Positions 9,801-17,076 of a stretch of DNA of 64,000 nucleotides are shown here, in pieces; within the stretch, counting starts at the first letter, position 1; every line of letters begins with the position of its first letter. The stretch covers positions 615 to 64,614 of the forward strand of contig JAFYDR010000158.1 in the NCBI GenBank assembly GCA_017544725.1. Direction: 5' to 3'. The DNA comes from Kiritimatiellia bacterium (GTDB lineage: Bacteria; Verrucomicrobiota; Kiritimatiellia; RFP12; UBA1067). The translations under genes and the position numbers were made by a program. The notes under the pieces are model-generated. The model saw only the letters and a program-made list of their open reading frames with translations, was not told the DNA's origin and searched no databases.

Positions 9801-10852
9801 CCGTAGAAATCGAAGCGGGCGTTGTTCGCGTTGTTCGCGGCGAACGTCTCGTTGGTGTTGAAGAGGGCCGCGCTGCCGATCGCCTCGCTGTTCATAATCT
9901 TCACGATGCCCTGCAGCAGGTCGAGCGTGCCGTGCCAGCCGGAGTTGTCTCCCTCCAGCGTGATGGTCTGCCCGACGGGAAGGTTCACCGTCAGCTTGTC
10001 CGATCCGGAGAGGACAGGGATGGTGTCGGTCGCGCTGGTGACCGTGTAGTCCGATCCGGGGAAGGTCGTCGCGTCGGCGGGCACGCCGTCCGCGATGTAC
10101 GCGGCGATCTCGCCGGCGGTCAGGGCGCGGTTCCACAGCGCGGCCTCGTCAATCCATCCCATCCACTTGCCGCTGTTGTGGCTCGCCCCCAGCAGGAAGG
10201 CGGTCGGCAGGATGTCCGGCGCGGTTGCGGCGGTGCGCGTCACGGTGGCGGCCTTGGGGGTCAGCTCAGCGGAAACGCCGTCGATGAAAATGCGGAAGGT
10301 TGTTCCGTCCCAGACGTGCACGATGCTGTGCCAGGACCCGGCGAACGTGTCCGTCCCGTCCGTCGGATACACGTAACTTTCGTTCATGGTCCCCCACAAA
10401 TAGGAGAGACATTTCGCCCGGTCGTCCTCCATGCGGAAACCCACGGCGTGGCCATCGGTCGCATTCCCGAAGACGAACAGCTGGCGCGCCCCGGTCCCGG
10501 CGGTCTTGAACCAGCAGGCGAACGAAAACGGCTCGGATCCACGCGGACCGCCCGGCAGATACCCGCCGTTGCAGGGGCGGAGATACGAGGTGCCGGAACC
10601 GCCGAAGTAGGCGGAACCGCCGGCCGCGTAGGGGCTCTCGTCCGCGTCGAAGGTCACGCCGCCCATGTTCTGCAGGGCGGAGCGGTACGGCCCCGTGTCG
10701 TCCGTCAGCGTCTCGGCGGAATCGAAATGCCAGCACGCCACCAGGCCGTTCGTCAGAGTCGATTGCCCCAAGGCACTGCCGAGTCCTCCCCAAAACACAA
10801 ACAAAACGACTTGCAAATAACAAGCGAGACCACACTGTTTTCCTGTTTTCAT
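6878..10852 (-). CDS. Large secreted protein with three LamG/concanavalin-like modules and beta-helix-like repeats
   Basis: Three internal modules open with L[VI].C[WY]HFD[ST][AP]ETL..D.GPY and close with WNRAL[ST]..E[IV]. The middle region has autotransporter-like G-T-L/GG-T-V repeats. ATG at 10852 (GGAGG 8 nt upstream) gives signal-like MKTGKQCGLACYLQVVLFVFWGGLGSALG; the track start at 10897 is probably too long. Confidence 0.8.
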   Translation of the reverse strand: MKTGKQCGLACYLQVVLFVFWGGLGSALGQSTLTNGLVACWHFDSAETLTDDTGPYRSALQNMGGVTFDADESPYAAGGSAYFGGSGTSYLRPCNGGYLPGGPRGSEPFSFACWFKTAGTGARQLFVFGNATDGHAVGFRMEDDRAKCLSYLWGTMNESYVYPTDGTDTFAGSWHSIVHVWDGTTFRIFIDGVSAELTPKAATVTRTAATAPDILPTAFLLGASHNSGKWMGWIDEAALWNRALTAGEIAAYIADGVPADATTFPGSDYTVTSATDTIPVLSGSDKLTVNLPVGQTITLEGDNSGWHGTLDLLQGIVKIMNSEAIGSAALFNTNETFAANNANNARFDFYGTVTAANEIRLGTETPLNNGPRIVSYGTVALNGPMYVWNSFLRVANATSSLTLGGDITCIGGLYFVLQDVSDHYAPRIFVTGRFRNLHTLWPDGNNTGVKFMVPNQNITCPMPTQGGTIVCGTDEVFTAAYLTGRNGRTARRGFFDLSGTSQSFLNNDQQTYDAGQLIRNSNENAKGSLRIAQTKDNAGSNVSMAGPFDFVKEGTELLVLQRAFEISGTLDVAAGTLKLTGPQTTIASQVVVRAGATLDLGGNSYRCTELTLAGGTVRNGTLAGTTNHLAAGSVGATLAGGVTVKTGAGGASLEGGLAAGRASLADGLVCCYHFDSAETLLQDSGPYGYTLENCWTNGAFKADASNGPVVFDANEGRYGTGSASFSEHVFLSYPGGYPERAPRNGDPFTLAQWFKIRDGKQNDNRGLSFLGNASNGNGLGLVVWDRSAHLFSYFWGNMNEELASPTDGTSTFAGGWHCAVQVWDGSLYRIYIDGVEAPLTHRTANSTRTKGTMPNLSPTRFWIGTGYNNMYLSGWLDEVAMWNRALSPEEIAEYMENGVNTDGPVEPQPATLEVAEGTVALADAAFTAGLTNGIVLCYHFDTPETLYQDAGPYGYTLTEGTKNTKFPTGGTKVECATGEGEWAHGGGAAYFDGTNNLVLAGYNDDGLTQPEMIPLGDAPFTLGFFFRRADKYPSNTGSAPDYTNMGLIYYGDDPRNVPMTMNGYAFYDWQSRLWNYPNVGTYEYLLPEDATRTKKFRTGWHSVVQTWDGTVMRYWIDGEETAPALKNPNNSPRTLETRPDIRRKRFYISGAFNNPFFKGWMDEVTIWNRALSTNEVLSYVRYGFGTGAGADTNVTVNVAANGTLAPLGSELSFGGTLGAGGAFTGDLTLQDGAVVRAERGRTMAVTGRISVEGTGTLRPESAISALPTVWTPFTAAGGYAAGTAERLAGWNVSPLPNGALSTFWIDGADFRAKAFPPGMVIMIK

Positions 10853-10985
10853 CCGCAAAACCTCCGTTCTTTTTTCTCCGATGTTATGAAAACCCAAGAG
10901 TAAGTACGGCTATTATACACAAAAAAACAACCATCGTGTAACCATACGCGAAGAAAGTTGTACCTACAACTTGCCGATAACTTCG

Positions 10986-11069
10986 CAGGGCGGCGAAGCC
11001 GCCCTGCTGAGAAGTAAGCAACCAGAGGTTGCGGTGACGAATGGGAGGGACGCGCTCCGTCGCGTCCGC
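10986..11069. repeat. Intergenic repeat cluster: GC hairpin + gctgagaag word + 27-nt motif
   Basis: CAGGGCGGC-gaa-GCCGCCCTG hairpin (10986-11006) followed by ctgagaagtaagc. The motif gggagggacgcgctccgtcgcgtccgc (11043-11069, itself a 7-bp-stem hairpin) recurs 25/27 identical at 33756-33782. Confidence 0.6.
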
Positions 11070-11270
11070 TTGTGTAACGGCGACACCCGCGTCGTCGAAA
11101 CCGAAAGTTATCCCCATGAACGTTCCCGCAACGAGTCGCGGGCGGGGGGCTTGCCGATAAGGAACCGGCAAATAGGAATAGAAACAACTAGACAGTCGCT
11201 TCCGTATGGCAGTTGCATAGTCAGACATTTCGATTCTCTTTTTTAATTTCCCCCAACAGTTCAAAACACT

Positions 11271-12872
11271 TCATTGCCTCTCCATCTGCGCAAGCGCAAT
11301 GCGTCCTTTTTCGGTAAGCCTGTACTTCTGGAGTTTGGAATGCTTGATGTCTGGCCGTGTCTGCTCAATGAAACCGGCTCTCAACGTAGGACGGATATAA
11401 CCTTCGCGGAGATAGTTACGGTCACGGATATGCATAGCCTTAAGCAGTTCAGAAGTTCCAAGTGCCGTGTTTTTGAGTACCAGCATAAGCCGTTTCTGCT
11501 TCTCATCAACTGGTGGGGTAACTGGTGGGGTAACTGGTGGGGTAACTGGTGGGGTAACTGGCGGGGTATCATGGTAGGTTGCAACGGCTTTAACCCTGTC
11601 TTTCGGCACTCCATAGGGCGAGTCGTCAACTGCGGCAACAAGTTGCTCGTCCGTGAATCCGTAGAGCAGATTCGGTAACGTTACGCGGAAGTAGTTGCTC
11701 TCAGACTCCAAAATCGGCATCCTCTTACCGAGGTTGACCGCCAATTTCTCGTAGTCTTCGTAGAGTTTCTTGAAGCCACTGCCCTTGCGCTCCATTAGAT
11801 CGAGCCGCTCGAACATATCCGCGAGGCACTTGTTGCGGCGGCGCGACGGAATTTGGCGGATATTCGCATATTCCTGCACCTTACGGTCGCCCGGCATCCC
11901 GCCCGGCGAAGTGATCTCGATGCGGTCATCAAATATGTCAACGTGGACTTCGCTGCCAGTTTCAAGGTAGTCACGGTGAACAAATCCGTTGATGAGCATT
12001 TCCTGAATCGAGCGTTCGGGATACTCGCGGAAGTTCACGCGGTCTGTCGGGCGCTTGTGCCATGCGCGGCGCGAGTGGCTACGAACGAAATCCTCGGCAT
12101 ACTTCAGCAGTTGGAGAAGCCCTCCGCTGTATTCCTGATCGTCAGCTGCGTCCATCACGCCCGCAGTCATGCTGAGTCCGTTCCAACGGGTACAGAAGAC
12201 GCGGGAGTGCCGAATCGGAGACTCATCGACCAGCAACGCCCCTGTGTTGGTCAGAACGCCCGTTTCGGTAACGAGTCCGAAAGACAAAATGTCTTCCTTA
12301 GTCATCTTCATCCCGTTCGCTTTTTCATAGAGGTTCTTGAGCGCGATGAACGTGAAGTCGAACGCACGGTGTCCACCAAAACAGGAAATGCAATCCCATT
12401 GCTGACCAGATTTCTCCATAAGGAACTGTGTCAGGGAGGGATCAGTCAGTAGCATCTTCACTGCGCCAGTGCGGTAGTGAAACCGCCCTTGGTAGCTAAC
12501 GGGGAATGAACTTGCCGGAACCTTGATTCGTATCACAGCCTTGCCCTGTTTCTTGAGGAGAGATACATCGGCTACGATGCCCATCGTATTGCGGATGGAA
12601 TTTGGTATGTTCTCCATCAATTTATTGGGGTCTTTCACCCCGACGGGCTTCTTGGTACCGTCCTCGATGCCGATGTACAGCGTTCCACCTTTGGCGTTCG
12701 CATAGCCACATATCCATTCGAGATACTTGTCGTGCCACGACTCCTTGTACTCGACATTCTGAGATTCTTCCCGTTTCATTCTCATCCTCGCTTTTCCCTC
12801 TTCCAATATTTCTACATCACAAGCTCCACGCCCGTCTTGACCGCCTCCAGCATCTTGAGCGCTATCGCTCAT
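11271..12872 (-). CDS. AlbA_2 (Schlafen-like 'divergent AAA') + HATPase_c_4 + C-terminal wHTH putative DNA-binding protein
   Basis: NVEYKESWHDKYLEWICGYANAKGGTLYIGIEDG (AlbA_2-type). INGFVHRDYLETGSEVHVDIFDDRIEITSPGGMP (RecG-C/HATPase_c_4-type). (TPPV)x5 linker, then a wHTH-like tail LGTSELLKAMHIRDRNYLREGYIRPTLRAGFIEQ. Confidence 0.75.
   Translation of the reverse strand: MSDSAQDAGGGQDGRGACDVEILEEGKARMRMKREESQNVEYKESWHDKYLEWICGYANAKGGTLYIGIEDGTKKPVGVKDPNKLMENIPNSIRNTMGIVADVSLLKKQGKAVIRIKVPASSFPVSYQGRFHYRTGAVKMLLTDPSLTQFLMEKSGQQWDCISCFGGHRAFDFTFIALKNLYEKANGMKMTKEDILSFGLVTETGVLTNTGALLVDESPIRHSRVFCTRWNGLSMTAGVMDAADDQEYSGGLLQLLKYAEDFVRSHSRRAWHKRPTDRVNFREYPERSIQEMLINGFVHRDYLETGSEVHVDIFDDRIEITSPGGMPGDRKVQEYANIRQIPSRRRNKCLADMFERLDLMERKGSGFKKLYEDYEKLAVNLGKRMPILESESNYFRVTLPNLLYGFTDEQLVAAVDDSPYGVPKDRVKAVATYHDTPPVTPPVTPPVTPPVTPPVDEKQKRLMLVLKNTALGTSELLKAMHIRDRNYLREGYIRPTLRAGFIEQTRPDIKHSKLQKYRLTEKGRIALAQMERQ
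11509..11568. repeat. 12-bp tandem repeat x5 inside the CDS (encodes TPPV x5)
   Basis: actggtggggta x4 plus actggcggggta, head to tail and in frame. Confidence 0.95.
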
Positions 12873-12961
12873 ACGACCTCGAACAATCCCGCCGTTATCA
12901 ACATCATCCAGTTCATCTTATGCCTCGTGAACACCGCCTTGTTTCATGTTTCACGAAGGTC

Positions 12962-13213
12962 TCAATCATTGACATAATATACCCCTGTCTTGCGGCTGCC
13001 TCGATGTTCAATTAATCCATCCTTTTGCAGAGACGACAATGCCTCTGTAACGCAGGTTCTACCTTTGCCTACGATCTCCATCAATCGAGACCTTGAAACG
13101 CCGGGGATTGTTTTTATCGCCTCAAACAAATCATTTTTATAGGCCGACCGACCTTTATTGTAGCATTCGCAACACCATTTGAAGGCGACTGGACACCCTC
13201 GTCTGCCGCGCAT
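12962..13213 (-). CDS. Small winged-helix (MarR/ArsR-like) protein, 83 aa
   Basis: C-terminal part of track ORF 12962..13450. The upstream part overlaps the MBL gene and is Gly/Arg junk. The internal ATG at 13213 lies 12 nt after the MBL stop. Sequence ...IPGVSRSRLMEIVGKGRTCVTEALSSLQKDGLIEHRGSRKTGVYYV looks like HTH plus wing. Confidence 0.5.
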   Translation of the reverse strand: MRGRRGCPVAFKWCCECYNKGRSAYKNDLFEAIKTIPGVSRSRLMEIVGKGRTCVTEALSSLQKDGLIEHRGSRKTGVYYVND

Positions 13214-13224
13214 TCCCCCGCCGA

Positions 13225-14151
13225 TTACAGGACGCGATCGCCCCAGAACATGGCGGACACGTTCTCGCAACCGGCGTTTCGCGCCGCCACCAAGCGGGGA
13301 CGGATCATCGGCGTGGTGAGACGTCCTGTCTTGTGACCGAGTTCCCAAAGGTGGCCAAAGACCACGCGCTTCGGCTTCACCTGCTTCACCGCCTTCTCCG
13401 TGTTGATTCCGCATCCGGGGAAGAAGAGCCAAAGGTCCGCCTGTCCCCAAGTTGTACCGAGCTTGGGTTCCGTTCCCCTGCCGCTGTCGCCCGTATGGTA
13501 GAGAATCCAGTTGCCGACGCGAATCTCGAAAGCCGTCGTGAAATCGATGAGATAGTCGTTGTGGTCGATGAGCGACGTTCGAATCTCCACGTCCTTGATC
13601 TTGAAGGTCTTCTTGGCACGGGTGAAACCGCCGTCCTTCCTCCAGTTGCGCACGCCATAGTTGTCGAGGAAATTCGAAATGACGGTCTTGCCGGCGGAAT
13701 CCATGGCATTGTAGAGCGACGCCCGCCAGTGGTCCCCGTGGTTGTGCGTAATCAGCGCAAAGTCTAGCAGAGGGGCGAACTCGACCCCGCGACGGTGAAC
13801 GAGGTCGATGGAGAAAAGCGCCTCGCGCGTTTTGACGATGTATCCCATGTTATAGACGCTCCAGACGGCGGGCACGTCGGTGATTGTCGTTTCGCCGACT
13901 TCGCGGAAAACCTTTTCAAAGCCCTTCTCCAGTTTCTCGAGTGCGGCGAGACCGCGCGTGTTGCCGTCCCGCATATATTGCCCGTACACCTCGCTGGAGA
14001 CAAGATCCGTATCCCGCTGCCAGACGTCCAACTCGTCTTCTTTTTTCTCCTCGCCAATCGACGGAAGTGCCGCACAGGCCACGCTTGGCGCGGCGGCCAA
14101 ACAACCCAATAAGAAATCCCTACGCCCCGTTCCACTCTGTTCCACTTGCAT
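13225..14151 (-). CDS. MBL-fold metallo-hydrolase with Tat-type signal
   Basis: HxHxDH motif ITHNHGDHW. N-terminus MQVEQSGTGRRDFLLGCLAAAPSVACAA carries a twin arginine. The ATG at 14151 has AAGGAGGAG 5 nt upstream; the track start 14178 is GTG. Confidence 0.8.
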   Translation of the reverse strand: MQVEQSGTGRRDFLLGCLAAAPSVACAALPSIGEEKKEDELDVWQRDTDLVSSEVYGQYMRDGNTRGLAALEKLEKGFEKVFREVGETTITDVPAVWSVYNMGYIVKTREALFSIDLVHRRGVEFAPLLDFALITHNHGDHWRASLYNAMDSAGKTVISNFLDNYGVRNWRKDGGFTRAKKTFKIKDVEIRTSLIDHNDYLIDFTTAFEIRVGNWILYHTGDSGRGTEPKLGTTWGQADLWLFFPGCGINTEKAVKQVKPKRVVFGHLWELGHKTGRLTTPMIRPRLVAARNAGCENVSAMFWGDRVL

Positions 14152-14205
14152 CTGTTCTCCTCCTTTTGTTTGTCCCACGACATGCCGCCTACGCGCAATC
14201 GCAAC

Positions 14206-14901
14206 TCAGCCCTTGGGCTTGCGACCGCCCTCGCGCTCCGCCTTCCGGCTGGCGACTTGATAGACGATGATAATGGGAAAGACGACGACCGCCAAGACCG
14301 CCCAACCGAACCAAGGCTTCTGCATCCACGGCAGAATCGCCTCCCCGATGAAGTGTCCGAAAATCGTAAAGATGACGGCTTGTGAGAACGCGGCAAGGAA
14401 GAGCAAGAGGATCGCCTTGGGGAATGGATAGCGGGCGACGCCGGCGGAAATGTAGGTGACGCCTCGCGTCCCCGGGAGATAGCGGGCGAAGAGCATCGCC
14501 TTCACCGCGTGATGACGGAAGGTCTGCTTGATCCACACCAGACGGGCACGGTTTAGCCATCGGCGACGAATCAGCACCGCCGTTCCGAGACGACCGATCA
14601 GGTAGAGGCCGAGATCGCCAGCCATGCCGCCCAGCGTCATGCCGAGAATCGCAAACCACCACTCGATGACATCCGCGCCTACGAGAGGCCCGATGACACA
14701 ACGGGCGGGGTCTTCCAGAAAGCAGGAGCTGGCGATAATCAGCAGCAACTGCAGAAAGCGGTTCCCCTTGAGAAAAGTCAGGTTTTCCCCTAAAGCCTGT
14801 AAACTCAAATCCAGCATGAAAACAATGTCCGATAGACTCCTAATGAATCGTTGCTTTCCAGTATCGCATGAATTGCCCGCGAAAACAAGGGCGATTTTCA
14901 T
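14206..14901 (-). CDS. DedA/VTT-domain membrane protein
   Basis: 231 aa, multi-TM, with a characteristic LFARYLPGTRGVTYISAGVARYPF segment. Confidence 0.7.
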   Translation of the reverse strand: MKIALVFAGNSCDTGKQRFIRSLSDIVFMLDLSLQALGENLTFLKGNRFLQLLLIIASSCFLEDPARCVIGPLVGADVIEWWFAILGMTLGGMAGDLGLYLIGRLGTAVLIRRRWLNRARLVWIKQTFRHHAVKAMLFARYLPGTRGVTYISAGVARYPFPKAILLLFLAAFSQAVIFTIFGHFIGEAILPWMQKPWFGWAVLAVVVFPIIIVYQVASRKAEREGGRKPKG

Positions 14902-15097
14902 GTTAGCTTCTAGGTGTTAGCTTTCAGGTGTTAGCTGTCCGCTTCGTTGTACGAAGTAGTGACAGGCGGCAAAGCCGCCAGCTGACAAGTGGGGACAATG
15001 GGGACGGTGGAGACAATGGAGACGAAGAAGAAGCGGAGAGGCGAGGTGGTGGTGGGTCGCCAGTCTCGCCAGTCCTGCCAGTCTCGCCGGTCCCGCC
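14902..15097. repeat. Composite intergenic word-repeat element (type 2)
   Basis: 14-nt unit gttagc(t)ttc(t)aggt x3 (14902-14943). GGCGGC-aaa-GCCGCC hairpin (14965-14979) followed by agctgacaag. ggggacaatgg/ggagacaatgg words, then cagtctcgccagtcc x2-3 (15061-15097). Words recur at 59969-59981, 60037-60049 and 16588-16602. Confidence 0.8.
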
Positions 15098-15141
15098 TAA
15101 ACGCCTTGCGCACTTGTACAGCGCAAATACATAACGCGCAC

Positions 15142-15170
15142 TTGAAACTCGGGCGCGGGTAGGTTATACT
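15142..15170 (+). promoter_or_regulatory. Putative sigma-70 promoter TTGAAA-17-TATACT
   Basis: -35 at 15142-15147 and -10 at 15165-15170, 40 nt upstream of the ATG at 15210. Confidence 0.45.
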
Positions 15171-15209
15171 GGTTTCGTCATTCCGCAACAGCGGAGTCGA
15201 AAGGTGACT

Positions 15210-16445
15210 ATGCCCGAAGAACAAAGACAGGTGTATCTCTTCCTTCTGTGGGAGGAAGCGCGTGATCACGCGGATGAAATCTTGGCAGATCTCAAACAGC
15301 ATTTCTCGCTGTTGAAGCAGTTCGAGGTCGCCTGGCCCCAACGTGCCTTCGAGCAACATCTGGAGGCGTTCTACGGTCATACGTCCAGCATCTGGCGTGC
15401 AAAAATGCGGCGTGACGGATCGGGCAGTTTTCTCGTGTATCTCGTCGAGGACCATCATGCCGTCTTCGAAAACCGACGCAGTCTGGGCGGAACGGAGCAA
15501 CTGGTCGATGTCAACATCTACGATGCGAAAAAACGTTACCGTAAACTGCTCCACAGCAAAGACCGCGTCCATTCCTCGGTCACGTTGGACGAAACGCGAC
15601 ACAATTTCTGTCTCCTCACGGGACGCACGCTTGCGGACTACCTCGCCACGGAGAAATTGGACGGAGAACTGGTGTATCTCACAAGTGCCTCGCCCCGCTA
15701 TCGTGGCTGGGACTCCCTGCGTCAACTCTTCACGATTCTGAACGAGTGTATGCCGTATGTCATTCTTCGCAACGCGGACTCGCTCGACCGCCTTGCGGAG
15801 GAGTCGCATCCCGACATCGACATGTTGGTTCCCGACATCGACCAGTTCGCTGCCATCACGGGCGCGGAACGGATGTCGCCGAAACCCTACAAGTACGCCC
15901 ACCTTTTGCGCGTCGGCGGGAAGGCGTACAAGTTCGATCTGCGTACGCCCGGCGACGGTTACTACGATCCAGCTTTCGCGTCCGACATCCTTTCCCGATC
16001 CCGTCTTGAGAACGGTGTCCGCGTTCCGTGCGACGAGGATTTCTTCTACTCCCTTCTCTACCATGCGCTCATCCAAAAGGACGCTATCTCGCCCGATTAC
16101 GAGGCGACCTTCCGTCGCATGATTGAGTCGGGCAAGATCACCCACGCCTCCACCGATTGGAAGACCGCGCTCTCGGAATGGCTCAAGCAAAAAGGTTACA
16201 GCTACTGCGAACCGCTTGATCCGAAGGTGAAGTTCAACCGCGAGAATGTACTGCCGTCGCCCCCCACGAAAAAACTGAAACGGACGCACGAGCATCTGTT
16301 CTCATTCGCGCTTTCGTTCAGCAAGTTGCGCATTCATCTCTTCCCCGGCGTTGGAATGCCGAACATCTTCCGCTTCCAGTTGCGCCTCGGCGGCATCTTC
16401 AAAATCGACATCTGCCTCGGCACCGTCAAAGAAATCGAGACATAG
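15210..16445 (+). CDS. Hypothetical protein with nucleotidyltransferase-fold-like core (NTP_transf_5-like)
   Basis: 411 aa. YVILRNADSLDRLAEESHPDIDMLVPD resembles the h-G/D-x-DIDhLV motif of uncharacterised NTases. Amino-acid composition is protein-like, unlike the Arg-rich antisense ORF 14931..16295. Track start 15204 is GTG; ATG at 15210 follows AAGG. Confidence 0.5.
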   Translation: MPEEQRQVYLFLLWEEARDHADEILADLKQHFSLLKQFEVAWPQRAFEQHLEAFYGHTSSIWRAKMRRDGSGSFLVYLVEDHHAVFENRRSLGGTEQLVDVNIYDAKKRYRKLLHSKDRVHSSVTLDETRHNFCLLTGRTLADYLATEKLDGELVYLTSASPRYRGWDSLRQLFTILNECMPYVILRNADSLDRLAEESHPDIDMLVPDIDQFAAITGAERMSPKPYKYAHLLRVGGKAYKFDLRTPGDGYYDPAFASDILSRSRLENGVRVPCDEDFFYSLLYHALIQKDAISPDYEATFRRMIESGKITHASTDWKTALSEWLKQKGYSYCEPLDPKVKFNRENVLPSPPTKKLKRTHEHLFSFALSFSKLRIHLFPGVGMPNIFRFQLRLGGIFKIDICLGTVKEIET

Positions 16446-16453
16446 CCACTTCA

Positions 16454-16680
16454 TTGGCGGCTAGCCGCCAATGAAAAGCTGAGAGGCGGGGAAGCTGAGA
16501 AGCAAGCCGCCGAAGGCGGCAATGAAGAATGAAAAGAAGGCAGTAGGCAATAGGGAGTAGGCAGTAGCGACGGCGGGTGCTTCGCGTCAGTCTCGCCAGT
16601 CCAACGCGGACTGTCGCATGACGCTTGTCGCGTGTCATCGGTAGCTGTCGATTGCAATCGAATGCAATCGGACGGGGATA
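16454..16680. repeat. Composite intergenic word-repeat element (type 1)
   Basis: Order of parts: palindrome TTGGCGGC-ta-GCCGCCAA (16454-16471, 9 nt after the stop); gctgaga words; GCCGCC-gaa-GGCGGC; aatgaagaatgaaaagaagg; gcagtaggcaatagggagtaggcagtag; cagtctcgccagtcc; gtcgc words; caatcgaatgcaatcgg; acgggga. The same part order occurs at 56477-56640 and 63868-64000. Confidence 0.8.
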
Positions 16681-16947
16681 CACTGGTCGCGACCGTTTAG
16701 CCCTAAAAGGGCGTTACCTATACAGACGGGGGTGAGCGAAGCGTAACCCCCGACGGTACAACCGCTATCCGCCAAGCCCTGAAGGGGCGACAGAACAACG
16801 CAGAGCCGAGATCTATTCGAGGGGGTACAATTACCTCTGATGACACCAAACACATCGTGTTGTTTTTGCGGCGACGGTAAATGAACGGGCAAGTCACGCC
16901 GATTGCCATCAATAATCGGCAATCACATCCCGAATCAAAAGTTCTGC

Positions 16948-16977
16948 TTGCATGGTAAGATCGTACTGTTGTATAAT
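16948..16977 (+). promoter_or_regulatory. Putative sigma-70 promoter TTGCAT-18-TATAAT
   Basis: -35 at 16948-16953 and a perfect -10 at 16972-16977, 100 nt upstream of the sigma-factor ATG at 17077. Confidence 0.4.
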
Positions 16978-17076
16978 GGTAACCGTATTATGGGGGATGT
17001 CACCACCGTGTACAGTATGGTTCATCTTTGTTTCCTTCGTAGATAAATACGGGGCGGAAACGATAGGAGGAAAGAA

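Noticed and set aside
8834-10903. 689-aa plus-strand ORF (similarly 6315..7649, 7695..8504, 7901..8812, 9315..10136)
   Set aside because: All overlap the LamG gene in other frames or on the other strand. Their compositions are dominated by R/G/A/P. The LamG frame shows a three-fold internal repeat structure and a signal peptide.
12962-13450. Full 162-aa ORF as annotated in the track
   Set aside because: The first 79 codons overlap the 3' end of the MBL gene and encode Gly/Arg/Pro-rich sequence. I trimmed it to the internal ATG at 13213, giving an 83-aa wHTH protein.
14931-16295. 454-aa minus-strand ORF antisense to the NTase-like gene
   Set aside because: It begins inside the word-repeat element, is Arg-rich, and has no promoter or RBS. 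The plus-strand ORF has a TTGAAA-17-TATACT promoter, an RBS and a post-stop hairpin. Some residual doubt remains; see the finding at 15142-16445.
14902-16680. Possible CRISPR array, because of many short repeated words
   Set aside because: There are no constant-length repeats separated by unique spacers of regular size. The units are 6-15 nt, degenerate and directly abutting. No cas genes are present in the window.
16690-17076. tRNA or other canonical RNA gene in the ORF-free region
   Set aside because: No cloverleaf with a GTTCRANNC T-loop or an acceptor/anticodon arrangement could be drawn. Only isolated hairpins are present. It is kept as a low-interest finding, not as an RNA feature.
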